Origin: Sulfurovum sp. | GTDB lineage: Bacteria; Campylobacterota; Campylobacteria; Campylobacterales; Sulfurovaceae | Direction: 5' to 3' | Length of the DNA: 48,887 bases | Assembly: GCA_026996325.1 (NCBI GenBank) | Contig: JALWLU010000079.1 | Location: forward strand, 1-48,887 | Shown: positions 16,741-26,146 of the stretch, piece by piece | Numbering within the stretch: the stretch's first letter is position 1 | How the letters are laid out: every line of letters begins with the position of its first letter | The notes under the pieces: model-generated | Seen by the model: only the letters and a program-made list of their open reading frames with translations | The model's database searches: none | Told to the model about the DNA's origin: nothing | Made by a program: the position numbers and the translations under genes

Positions 16741-16789
16741 TTAACTCTTAACTCTTAACTCTTAACTCTTAACTCTTAACTCTTAACTC
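16741..16789 (-). repeat. Heptamer tandem repeat (TTAACTC)x7 on + strand
   Basis: Seven exact copies; on the minus strand the array begins at the TAG of the response regulator. Confidence 0.95.
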
Positions 16790-17160
16790 TATTTGTCCGA
16801 CCACTGGTCGATCTTCTCGAAGAGCATCTCCTCTTTGATCGGCTTCCTCAGGAAGTCGTTTGCACCATTGTCGTAGACTTCCGTTTTGCGCGTATCGTCC
16901 GTAGAGAGGACGATTACCGGAATGTGTGAGTTGTTCATGTCGGCACGAAAGATCTTCAGAAACTCGATACCGTCTACGATAGGCATCATGATATCGAGCA
17001 GAATCAGCCCGATGGAAGGATCGGTTTTGAGCTTGTTAAGCGCATCCGATCCATTTTCCGCTTCAACGATATCTGTAACTTTCGGATTTTTTCTCAACAG
17101 TGTCTTCAGCAGCATTCTGTTGATCATATCATCATCAACTACCAGTACTTTCAGTCCCAT
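16789..17160 (-). CDS. Single-domain response regulator (CheY-like)
   Basis: VLVVDDD, ILLDIMMPIVDG, VLST, DFLRKP. Confidence 0.93.
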   Translation of the reverse strand: MGLKVLVVDDDMINRMLLKTLLRKNPKVTDIVEAENGSDALNKLKTDPSIGLILLDIMMPIVDGIEFLKIFRADMNNSHIPVIVLSTDDTRKTEVYDNGANDFLRKPIKEEMLFEKIDQWSDK

Positions 17161-17165
17161 ATATC

Positions 17166-20100
17166 CTATCCTCTATGTGATTTAATTGCAGCTTCAATCT
17201 GCTCTTTCTCTTTACTGTCAGTAACAATAGCAACATTGCCAGCTGCCTGTTTCAGTGCATCGGTGACAAGCTCCTCATCGGCAAAGAGTATGTCATATGC
17301 GCCGGAAGCAACTTTTGATTCCAGTTGGCTCATATCTTCAACAATGTCGTAATCATACCCTAAGTTTTCAATGACTTTGGTAAGAATACGGCGTTCAAGA
17401 AGGAATTTTTTTGCAACAAGAATCTTTTTCTCTTCGTTACCTGCAGAAATGTCTTTAATCATACCTTCTTCAAGCTGCATTGGTACTTCCTCTTCTGTTG
17501 CAGTTTCCTCTTGTACGCTTTCTACCGGGGCAGGCTCCGGCTGCTTCTCTTCTGCCTGCGGTTCCTCTTTTTGAGGTTCGTTTGCTGGAGTAGACTCGCC
17601 CGCATCACTCTCTTCGGCAGCTTTTGCCTTGTGAGAGAGGAATTTGTTGAGAATGTAAAGCAGTTCGGTCGTTTCGATCGGTTTGGTGATATATTCATCC
17701 ATCCCTTCTGCAAGGAAGCGTTCGCGGTCACCTTTGAGTGCGTTCGCTGTCAGTGCGACGATCGGAACGTGTGGCTCTTCCTCATCCTCTTCGAAGTCGA
17801 GAATTTCATGTGTTGCTTCGATACCGTCCATGACCGGCATCTGAATATCCATGAAGAGCAGGTCGTAGTCGTTGTTTCTTCGCTTCTCGAAGGCCTCCAG
17901 ACCGTTATTGGCAATGTCGACCGTAATACCGTGATCTTCCAGGACACGTTTGATAAGCTTCTGGTTGATAATGTTATCTTCGGTAACGAGCACTTTTGCA
18001 TCGAACTGTGTCGCCTGTGCCTGTACCGCCTGCTCAACCAGCTCAGGTGAAGTGTTTGCCGTACGCGTCAGTACCGCTTTCAGTTTGGTCAGGGTAACCG
18101 GTTTGAAGATAACGTTGTCCTGAGAGACACCCATGGTATCGATTTTGGCACGGCTTGTAACATTTGCAATGACAATCAGTTTTGATTTGTCGACATTGGC
18201 GACAGCATCCAGAATGTTCTGCTTTGTCTTGTCGACATCGATCCAGAAGGTCTGACAGATACCTTTGTCGCTGAGATCTCTGAGTTCAGCAACCGATTCG
18301 AACTTCTTGACATCCGGTCCGAAGTAGTCGAAGTAGGACTGCAGGTAGGTGTCAAGTACCGTTGGTACCTCCTCTTCGTATTTACAGATGGTAACGTCGT
18401 TGAAGGCGTTGTTGTAGTTCGGCTCAGTCGTAGCGACCTCTTCAAGCGGAACCGTGAAGTAGAAGGTCGTTCCGTGGTCTTTTGCACTCTCAAGCTCCAG
18501 TTTCCCGCCCATCAGTTCAACAAACTGGCTGGAGATTGTCAGACCAAGACCGGTACCGCCGTACTTTCTTGTAACAGAGGAGTCAGCTTGCGAGAAGGCA
18601 TCGAAGATACGCTCCTGCTGGTCTTTGGTCATACCGATTCCGTTGTCCTGGATAGAGAACTTGATACGTGCGGTTTCTCCCTCTACCGCCTCTTTTTCAA
18701 TCTTGACATTGATGATCCCACCGTAGCTTGTAAACTTGATGGCGTTACTGAGCAGGTTAATGATGATCTCTTTGAGTTTTGTCGGATCCCCTTTGAGTTT
18801 TGGACTGATGGTCGGATCCATATAGAAGTTGAGGTCGATATTCTTCTCTGCCGCACCGACAGCGTAGGTTTCGACCGCACTTTCGAACTCTTCAGCAGCA
18901 TCGAAGACGATATTCTCGATTTCGATCTTGTTGCTTTCAATCTTGGAGAGGTCGAGAATATTATTGATAATGCTCAGCAGGTTCTCCGAACTCTTTTCGA
19001 TGATGTTGAGGAACTCCTGCTGCTCGGAGTCGAGGTTCGTGCTTCTGAGAATTTCGGTAAATCCAACGATACCGTTAAGTGGGGTACGGATCTCGTGTGA
19101 CATGTTGGCAAGGAAGAGAGACTTCGCTTCGTTCGCCTGGAGAGCGATCTGCTTATCCTCTTTTGCCGTTTCGACAAGGGTTTCAAGGAACTTGTATGCC
19201 TCTCTTGTACCTTCGTGGGTATCGAGTTCGATGTTTTCAATCATTGCAGTATCGGCAGAGAGGTACTGGTCACTCTGCTTCATATCTTCAACCGCTTTGT
19301 TAAGAACGTCTTCGAGCTCTTTAATGTTTCGGGTAATGTCACGTGTTGTGGTGTATCCCAGGTAGGCAAGCAGCAAACTCAGAATCAAAATCGCAGTGGC
19401 AATGATGAGCAGTGAGATCTGTTTCTGCAGATAGATTTCCGCTTTTTTCCAGAGGGCATTGGAGACAACCAGTTCAACCTTCGAGAAGAGTGCGATCTTC
19501 TGTGTCTGGAGCGAGAACCAGTCCATAACATCTTCAGCGTAGTCACCGTTATCGACGTCGGTCTGAATAGCTGAAGAGGTTTCCGCAAGCTCTTTGAGTA
19601 CCGCTTTTGCCTGTTTGCTGCCGAGAATTTTCTGGATCTGTGCCTGAAGCTGCGGGTTGGTTACCTGCTTGATATCAAAAATGTTCGCTTTGGTTTTGAA
19701 GTTGTCCCAGAGAGCAATCTCATCAAATGCCATAGAGGCTTTTTTGGCCATATAGTAGGAGACGAAGCCTCTTTCCAGTCCGGCATTCTCTTTTACCGTA
19801 TAAACTTCCGAAAGCGTACCGACCATGGAGGCGATCTCCGTATCGAGTGCAAAGCTGTTGATCTGCAGCAGGTTTTGCATAATCGGAGTAGTGACGGTAT
19901 CCGTATAGCCCTGGAAGAAGATCTTTTTGAATTCGCTGTCAGGCTGCTGTACTTCTTTACGGATGGCAGGGAGTTTCTTGAAGTTGGCCAGCATACGATC
20001 ATACTGTGCCTTGTTCAGCTCCGTATTCTCATGAAGCAGTTTTGGCAGGAAAGGGATAAGGTTACCGTTATCCGTGACCAGTTTGCTTCTCAGTGTCCCA

Positions 20101-20366
20101 AGGGCAGCATCTGTGTTCGCATACTGTTTCTTCAGGACATCGCCATAGGCTTTCCTGTCGCTTCCCATGTAGAGTGCGCTCAGTCCACGTTCTGTTCCTA
20201 CTTGTGTAAGGGACTTACTCAGGTATGCATTGTTGCTCAGTGCTGTTTTGAGTGCCTGTGCCTTCTCATAGTTGATGTACGAAGTTACGAAGAAGTAACT
20301 TGAAAGCATGAGAAGCAGCAGGATCGGTACAAGTGCGATCAGTTTCAGTCTGTTTCGTATGGTCAT
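17166..20366 (-). CDS. Hybrid sensor histidine kinase with NIT-like periplasmic domain
   Basis: Two TM helices flanking a region with ERGLSALY and KENAGLERG (NIT-like); FLANMSHEIRTPLNG, NLLSNAIKFT, DNGIGM, GGTGLGL; receiver EDNIINQ...MDIQMPVMDG. Confidence 0.9.
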   Translation of the reverse strand: MTIRNRLKLIALVPILLLLMLSSYFFVTSYINYEKAQALKTALSNNAYLSKSLTQVGTERGLSALYMGSDRKAYGDVLKKQYANTDAALGTLRSKLVTDNGNLIPFLPKLLHENTELNKAQYDRMLANFKKLPAIRKEVQQPDSEFKKIFFQGYTDTVTTPIMQNLLQINSFALDTEIASMVGTLSEVYTVKENAGLERGFVSYYMAKKASMAFDEIALWDNFKTKANIFDIKQVTNPQLQAQIQKILGSKQAKAVLKELAETSSAIQTDVDNGDYAEDVMDWFSLQTQKIALFSKVELVVSNALWKKAEIYLQKQISLLIIATAILILSLLLAYLGYTTTRDITRNIKELEDVLNKAVEDMKQSDQYLSADTAMIENIELDTHEGTREAYKFLETLVETAKEDKQIALQANEAKSLFLANMSHEIRTPLNGIVGFTEILRSTNLDSEQQEFLNIIEKSSENLLSIINNILDLSKIESNKIEIENIVFDAAEEFESAVETYAVGAAEKNIDLNFYMDPTISPKLKGDPTKLKEIIINLLSNAIKFTSYGGIINVKIEKEAVEGETARIKFSIQDNGIGMTKDQQERIFDAFSQADSSVTRKYGGTGLGLTISSQFVELMGGKLELESAKDHGTTFYFTVPLEEVATTEPNYNNAFNDVTICKYEEEVPTVLDTYLQSYFDYFGPDVKKFESVAELRDLSDKGICQTFWIDVDKTKQNILDAVANVDKSKLIVIANVTSRAKIDTMGVSQDNVIFKPVTLTKLKAVLTRTANTSPELVEQAVQAQATQFDAKVLVTEDNIINQKLIKRVLEDHGITVDIANNGLEAFEKRRNNDYDLLFMDIQMPVMDGIEATHEILDFEEDEEEPHVPIVALTANALKGDRERFLAEGMDEYITKPIETTELLYILNKFLSHKAKAAEESDAGESTPANEPQKEEPQAEEKQPEPAPVESVQEETATEEEVPMQLEEGMIKDISAGNEEKKILVAKKFLLERRILTKVIENLGYDYDIVEDMSQLESKVASGAYDILFADEELVTDALKQAAGNVAIVTDSKEKEQIEAAIKSHRG

Positions 20367-20382
20367 GGTCTGAATCCTTTAG

Positions 20383-21732
20383 TTATTTGTTTGAGATAAG
20401 TTTGATCTGGTTTTCCAGTGACAGGAAATGGGCCCAGTAGTTTTTGACAAGTTCCGGTACTCTGTCAATCTCTTCGTTAAACTGGATCTCATACAGCGTG
20501 TCAGAGAGCGGGTTGATCCGCAGGTTGCTTGCCGTTCCTTTCAGGAGGTGGCCAATCTTTTGCACTGTCTCGAGATCGCCTCTTTCATAGGCTTTGAGCA
20601 TCTTTTCGGTCTCTTCGTGTGCCTGTGCGATGAAGTCGTTGACAAACTCCTCGATGAGTTCAACGGGTAGGCTGAGGTCCTTGGCCGCCTCTTCGAGCTG
20701 GAAATCAAAATGGATCGGTTTGATGTCACTCAGGTCGATTGGGGTACGCTGTTCTGCTCCTCCTTCCTGCAGTGCAGCTTTTGCTCTTTCGCCCCTCTCT
20801 TCAGGGGTTTGCGGTGCAGGTGCTTCTTCAGTTTCCGCTTTGGTTTCAGAGACTTCCTCAGGTGCTTCGAACTTGGCAGTGCTCAATCTTCCGAGTGCCG
20901 TGAAGAAGGCGCTGATGGCACCCTCCTGTTCCGCATCGGTAGAGGTCTTTATGTTGGAGAGAAGCTCTCCGATCGTAGGCAGTTGAAGTACGTTGGAGAG
21001 ATGGGAAAGTGCATTGAGCGCCTCCTCTTTCTCCTGGTCGTTGTTGCTGACAAGTGCCTGCTCATATCCAAGCGCAGTATCGATATATTCGTCAAGGAAC
21101 AGATTGTAGTCTTCAGGAGAGATACCGATCTTTTCGCTGATGCGTGCAACATCGATGTAAATAGGACCTTGCGCTTCAGCAGACGAAGCTTCCGATGTAC
21201 GCTCCTCTTCGATAGTCGCGATGGCATTGTCCGCATCGGTAGGGATGGTCAGTTCATAGAGATCATCCTCCTCTGTTTGGGCAATCTCTTCTTTCGCCTC
21301 CGGCAGCGTTTCTTCTATTTCGGATTCGGGTTCTTTGATTTCAAAGAGGTCCTCCTCTTCATACGAGAGCATCTCTGTCTCAGAAGCAGACGGTTCTTCC
21401 TCCTCCTCGATCTTCAACAGCGGTTCGTTCTCGTGAAAATCGATGGGGGTCTCTTCCAATGAGGGTGCTTCGGCAGCTTCCTGAAGACTCTCGGCGGTAA
21501 TGTCGACAACACGTACGTTCCCCAGCATCCCTTCAAGGTCTTCCACCTGAGCAGGCACTGTATGGGAAGTACCGTTGGCAGTCAAGATGACTTTGTCGCC
21601 TTCAAGACTGAAGTCTACCTCATTGAGTGCCATTTTCTGATAGAAAGTGTTGATATCCGGAATGCCAAGTTCATTGAGCAGCCGCGGTGCGACAGCAACA
21701 ACCTGGTCCAGTTGGTTCAAAATATAGTACAT
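20383..21732 (-). CDS. Acidic Hpt-domain protein
   Basis: C-terminal VQKIGHLLKGTASNL Hpt motif; Glu-rich linkers; internal Hpt-like repeat. Confidence 0.85.
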   Translation of the reverse strand: MYYILNQLDQVVAVAPRLLNELGIPDINTFYQKMALNEVDFSLEGDKVILTANGTSHTVPAQVEDLEGMLGNVRVVDITAESLQEAAEAPSLEETPIDFHENEPLLKIEEEEEPSASETEMLSYEEEDLFEIKEPESEIEETLPEAKEEIAQTEEDDLYELTIPTDADNAIATIEEERTSEASSAEAQGPIYIDVARISEKIGISPEDYNLFLDEYIDTALGYEQALVSNNDQEKEEALNALSHLSNVLQLPTIGELLSNIKTSTDAEQEGAISAFFTALGRLSTAKFEAPEEVSETKAETEEAPAPQTPEERGERAKAALQEGGAEQRTPIDLSDIKPIHFDFQLEEAAKDLSLPVELIEEFVNDFIAQAHEETEKMLKAYERGDLETVQKIGHLLKGTASNLRINPLSDTLYEIQFNEEIDRVPELVKNYWAHFLSLENQIKLISNK

Positions 21733-21750
21733 GGGCTACATATCTCCTTA

Positions 21751-22173
21751 TTATTGGTTCTCTTGTGCGAGCATCTCTTTGTACAGTGCCGTAGACTCTT
21801 CAACTTCGTTCTCCGACGCGGGTCTTCTGGCAGCTGTGTAGCCGGTGATTTCACCGGATTCATCCAGGATAGGCGTGATATGGGAGTAGACCCAATAGTA
21901 CCTGCCGTCTTTTCTGAGATTTTTAACGATCCCAGTCCACTCCTTGCCTCCCTGAATAGTGTCCCACAGGTCCTTGAATGCAGCTTTTGGCATATCCGGA
22001 TGGCGAACGATATTGTGGTTTTTTCCTGTCAGTTCCTGTTTGGTATAGCCTGCAATTTCACAGAATTTCCTGTTTGCATAGGTAATAATGCCTTTGAGGT
22101 CTGTGGAGCTGACGATCAATCCGTCAGAGAACTCGTACTCTTCGTCTATGGGTTCGGGTCTGTCCCTTCGCAT
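21751..22173 (-). CDS. Stand-alone PAS domain protein (Aer/CetB-like)
   Basis: IVSSTDLKGIITYAN...HNIVRHPDMPKAAFKDLWDTI...W.G.VKN.RKDG.YYWV; GGGAG RBS before ATG 22173. Confidence 0.9.
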   Translation of the reverse strand: MRRDRPEPIDEEYEFSDGLIVSSTDLKGIITYANRKFCEIAGYTKQELTGKNHNIVRHPDMPKAAFKDLWDTIQGGKEWTGIVKNLRKDGRYYWVYSHITPILDESGEITGYTAARRPASENEVEESTALYKEMLAQENQ

Positions 22174-22301
22174 ACATTCTCCCTTTTTGCATCTTAATGC
22201 CACTTTACCATCATGGCAATTACTTACGATAAACTTTATAACAACTTAACTAAAAATAGAATGAATTAAAAGAAGTTTCTGCTGAAAAAAAGGGTTTTTT
22301 A

Positions 22302-24095
22302 TCAATTTTCATTATCTTGAGCAATAATTTTTGCAATTTTTGCATTGGTTACACGCGCTATCTCGTCAAAAGAGGCTTTTTGGATGGCTTCAAAGGTACC
22401 GAAGTAGTCGATGAGTTTGGCGACAGTAGCTTTGCCGATGCCTTTCTTGTTCAGCAGCGAGATTTGGGTATCTTCTCTGCGCTTTGCATTCTGATGGTAG
22501 GTGATGGCGTAGCGGTGTGCTTCGTCACGCAGGCGCTGGATCCAGTGCAGTCTGGGATCGTTGGGTTTAAGTTCGATGATACCGTGTGGCGTGTAGAGAA
22601 GATCTTTGGCAGCCCCTTTGGCACGGTGTGCTTTTGCATCGAGCTTCTCTTTGGCAATGGCGATGACATCAAGGTTGACGCCGGCGTCTTCAAGCAGTCT
22701 GCGTGCAAGGTTGAGATTGGCTTTTCCGCCATCGAGTATCCACAGGTCCGGTGGAGGATGGGCAGTAAAGTCTTTGATGCGACGGCTGAGCATCTCACGC
22801 ATCTGTCCTGTCTCGTCACGTGCTTCAAGGCGGTAGCGGCGGTAACTCTGTTTGTCCCACTTTCCTTCGTTCCAGACCACCATGCCTCCGACTGTCGCTG
22901 CGCCCATCATATGGGAGTTGTCGAAGGTTTCGACACGGTAGGGGATGGCGGAGAGGTCAAGCAGATCAGCGATTTTTTGTTCGATAATGCTGTTTTTCTG
23001 CTCTTTACGCAGCAACTCCCGGGCGTTCTGTAGCGCAAGGGCGGTCAGTTTCGCTTTCGCACCGCGTTTGGGATAGCGGATGGTGACGGTTTTTCCAAAG
23101 CGCATCGAGAGCGTACGTGACACTTCGGGCGCATCTTCAAAATTGTCTGCGACAAGGATCTCATTGGGAATGTGCGGGGTATCGACCCCGTAGTGCTCCA
23201 GCAGCGCCTGGCGGTAGGCTTCATTTTCTTCGAAAATATGTGTATGCCTGAAATAGGTGTGAGAAGAGGAGATGATCTTGCCCTCACGCATGAAGAGCTT
23301 GACGATAACGCCGCGTTCATCTCCATTGAGGATGGCGAAGATGTCGGTATCGAGACGGTTGGCAAGGTCGATGGAGGAGTCGACGGTGAGCGCCTCTATG
23401 GCGGCAATGGCGTCACGCAGAACTGCTGCCTCTTCGAAGCGCTCCTGCATCGCAAGTTTTTCCATGCGCCCGGCAAGCTTTTTGGTCAGAATATGGCGGT
23501 TGTTCAGCGCCTTTTTGGCCTCTTCGACAAGTTCTGCATAGGCTTCGGGGGTCACTTTTCCTTCACAGGGCGCAAGACACTTTCCTATCTGATGGAAGAG
23601 GCAGGCCTTCCCTTCCCTCAGACACGACTTTTTCTGTACGAGCGGGTAGGTTTCGTAGAGTGCATCGATGAGTGCCCGTCCGCCGGAAGGGTAGGGCCCG
23701 AAATAGGTGATATTTTTGCCCTTGACCACCTTTCTGGTAATCTCGAAGCGCGGATAGGGGTCCGATTCGTCGATGTAGATGTAGGGGTAGGTCTTGTCGT
23801 CACGCAGCAGGATGTTGTATTTTGGCTTGAGCTGCTTGATAAGGGAGTTTTCCAGAATCAGTGCATCCTCTTCGCTTTTTACTACAATGTACTCAAGCTT
23901 CTCGGCTTCCGAGAGCATCTTGAGAATACGCGGGCTCTGTGCGGGGTTTGGGTGAAGCGTGGGGGTGAAGCGCCAGTAGCTCTTGACACGGTGTTTTAGG
24001 TTTTTCGCCTTGCCGACATAGAGCAGTTTTCCCGCCGCATCGAAGTACTGGTAGACACCGGGGGTGTCGGGGAGGTTTTTGATTATCTGTTGCAT
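22302..24095 (-). CDS. uvrC: Excinuclease ABC subunit C
   Basis: PGVY...YVGKAKNL GIY-YIG domain, PKYNILLRDDKTYPY, FDNSH, LDGG, RDEAHRYA, HhH. Confidence 0.97.
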   Translation of the reverse strand: MQQIIKNLPDTPGVYQYFDAAGKLLYVGKAKNLKHRVKSYWRFTPTLHPNPAQSPRILKMLSEAEKLEYIVVKSEEDALILENSLIKQLKPKYNILLRDDKTYPYIYIDESDPYPRFEITRKVVKGKNITYFGPYPSGGRALIDALYETYPLVQKKSCLREGKACLFHQIGKCLAPCEGKVTPEAYAELVEEAKKALNNRHILTKKLAGRMEKLAMQERFEEAAVLRDAIAAIEALTVDSSIDLANRLDTDIFAILNGDERGVIVKLFMREGKIISSSHTYFRHTHIFEENEAYRQALLEHYGVDTPHIPNEILVADNFEDAPEVSRTLSMRFGKTVTIRYPKRGAKAKLTALALQNARELLRKEQKNSIIEQKIADLLDLSAIPYRVETFDNSHMMGAATVGGMVVWNEGKWDKQSYRRYRLEARDETGQMREMLSRRIKDFTAHPPPDLWILDGGKANLNLARRLLEDAGVNLDVIAIAKEKLDAKAHRAKGAAKDLLYTPHGIIELKPNDPRLHWIQRLRDEAHRYAITYHQNAKRREDTQISLLNKKGIGKATVAKLIDYFGTFEAIQKASFDEIARVTNAKIAKIIAQDNEN

Positions 24096-24529
24096 GCGAT
24101 CAGTGATCTGGTCTTTTCGAACTTCTCTGCAAGCGACTCGTCGCTGTTTTGCAGTGCAAAGTCGCCGGTGGCACGTTCATGGTAGTAGGGCACGGTCGTC
24201 TCATCTGCGCTCTCTTTGATAATAGTACGGTATTTGCTGTGGAAGATGATCACTTCGTTCGCCTTGAGTTCACGACACTCGGCATCAAGCGAAGCGAGCT
24301 GTGTTAATACGCTTTTTAATAAATCTCTATTATAATGAAGTTCCATTTTGAAACCGGGATGCGTGATGGCCACAAAGAGCGTTTCGTTGCGGATGTAGAC
24401 AAAAGCGATGGCCTTTTGCCACTTTGCGCCAAGCAGCGAGATAAACTTTTTGTAGCACGCATGCCGTTTCAGAGATTTGAACTGAGGCTGGCTTACAAGA
24501 TGAGAGAGAATGAGAGACGCGTTTTTCAT
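24083..24529 (-). CDS. Conserved hypothetical protein, DUF721/DciA-like
   Basis: IAFVYIRNETLFVAITHPGFKMEL resembles the DciA KH-like fold; overlaps the uvrC start. Confidence 0.6.
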   Translation of the reverse strand: MKNASLILSHLVSQPQFKSLKRHACYKKFISLLGAKWQKAIAFVYIRNETLFVAITHPGFKMELHYNRDLLKSVLTQLASLDAECRELKANEVIIFHSKYRTIIKESADETTVPYYHERATGDFALQNSDESLAEKFEKTRSLIACNR

Positions 24530-24646
24530 AGAGTGATTATAGCATCAATCTGCTGTATCGTACTAAGTGGCTGCGGACACAAGACCGATCCGGTCTATGT
24601 GCCGGACGATTCAGATGTGCAGCAGCGTCTGCAGACACAAAAGTAG
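24500..24646 (+). CDS. Small lipoprotein (LptM/YifL-like motif)
   Basis: VIIASICCIVLSGC lipobox followed by GHKTDPVYVP; stop 9 nt before nadB; start uncertain (ATG 24500 or GTG 24533). Confidence 0.6.
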   Translation: MRENERRVFHRVIIASICCIVLSGCGHKTDPVYVPDDSDVQQRLQTQK

Positions 24647-24655
24647 CGGAGAGAT

Positions 24656-26110
24656 ATGTTGGACAAGAAGTATGATGTGATTATCATCGGCGCGGGTATC
24701 GCCGGGCTCTATGCAGCAATGCAGCTGCCTGAGAGCAAACAGGTACTGGTGGTCTGCAAGGACATTCCGTGGGAGTGCAACACCTTCTATGCCCAGGGCG
24801 GTATGGCGACGGCACTGAATGAAGCCGATGTGCCGGTGCATATCGAAGATACGATGGCAGCAGGTGCCTATCACAACAACCGCGAAGCTGTCGAGATCCT
24901 TTCTCGTACCTCACTGGAGACGACACCCGAACTGATCGCTCGGGGTATGGCGTTCGACCGTGACGAAGAGGGGAACATCCTCTACACCAAGGAGGCGGCA
25001 CACTCGGTACCGCGCATTGTCCATGCCGGCGGGGATGCGACGGGGCGCTACATGCACTACTTCGCGATGGTGCAGAACAAACACCAGCTTCAGCGCAATA
25101 CGCTTGTCTATGACCTGCTTATCAGAAACGGCCGCTGCTACGGGGTCAAGGCGACGGTCAACTACGAGCCTACGACCATCTATGCCGATGATGTCATCAT
25201 CGCATCAGGCGGTATCGGGTCGCTCTATGCCTACAATACCAACTCAAGAACCGTCTCTGCGGATATTCACGGCATCTGTGTCGAAAAGGGCATCGAGCTT
25301 GCCGATATGGAGTTCATGCAGTTTCACCCTACGGTCTTTGTCGAAACGCCCTTTGCACGTAAACTGCTGCTGACCGAAGCGCTGCGGGGAGAGGGTGCGC
25401 ACGTGGTCGGTGAAAAAGGCAACCGTTTTCTTTTCGAGTATGATGAACGCGGAGAACTTGCCAGCCGTGACATCGTCGCACGCGGTATCTTCGACTATAA
25501 GCGAAAAACGGGAGAAAAGGCATATCTTGATTTTTCAATGTTTGAAGAGAGGTGGTTTCACGAGCGCTTCCCCAATATCACGCGCACCTTCGAGGCGCTG
25601 GGGTATCACTTCCCAAAGGACCGTGTGCCCATTTCACCGGCCTTTCATTATGCCAACGGCGGCATAAAGTGTGATACCAACGGCTGCATTCCGGGGATGG
25701 AAGGGCTCTACGTCATCGGTGAAGCGGCACGTACGGGCGTACACGGTGCCAACCGGCTGGCATCCAACTCCCTGCTTGAAGGCGTGGTCTTTGCGCAGCG
25801 AGCGGTGGAGCATCTGCTTGGCAAGGCGCACAGCGATACACCGATACCTCTCTTTGAGAAGGATTATGGTAACATTCTGCACAAAGAGAACGACAAGACC
25901 TATAAACAGAAACTGCGTCAGGTGATGTGGGAGGATATAGGCATCATCCGGACGACCAGGGGGCTGCATGAGGCCAAGAACCTGATTTACGATATGAAAA
26001 ACCAGGAGATCGGGCGGCTGCTTCAGCTGCGTCTCAATACCGCCTCGGCCATTGTCGAAGCGGCGCTGGCACGTACGGAGTCTTTGGGTTCTCACTATAT
26101 CGAATCGTAA
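24656..26110 (+). CDS. nadB: L-aspartate oxidase
   Basis: GAGIAG FAD motif, AQGG, EAAHS, QFHPT, LLTEALRGEG, GVHGANRLASNSLLE. Confidence 0.93.
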   Translation: MLDKKYDVIIIGAGIAGLYAAMQLPESKQVLVVCKDIPWECNTFYAQGGMATALNEADVPVHIEDTMAAGAYHNNREAVEILSRTSLETTPELIARGMAFDRDEEGNILYTKEAAHSVPRIVHAGGDATGRYMHYFAMVQNKHQLQRNTLVYDLLIRNGRCYGVKATVNYEPTTIYADDVIIASGGIGSLYAYNTNSRTVSADIHGICVEKGIELADMEFMQFHPTVFVETPFARKLLLTEALRGEGAHVVGEKGNRFLFEYDERGELASRDIVARGIFDYKRKTGEKAYLDFSMFEERWFHERFPNITRTFEALGYHFPKDRVPISPAFHYANGGIKCDTNGCIPGMEGLYVIGEAARTGVHGANRLASNSLLEGVVFAQRAVEHLLGKAHSDTPIPLFEKDYGNILHKENDKTYKQKLRQVMWEDIGIIRTTRGLHEAKNLIYDMKNQEIGRLLQLRLNTASAIVEAALARTESLGSHYIES

Positions 26111-26146
26111 GATTTGTATAGAATTTTTCAACATACAGGAGAGAGT

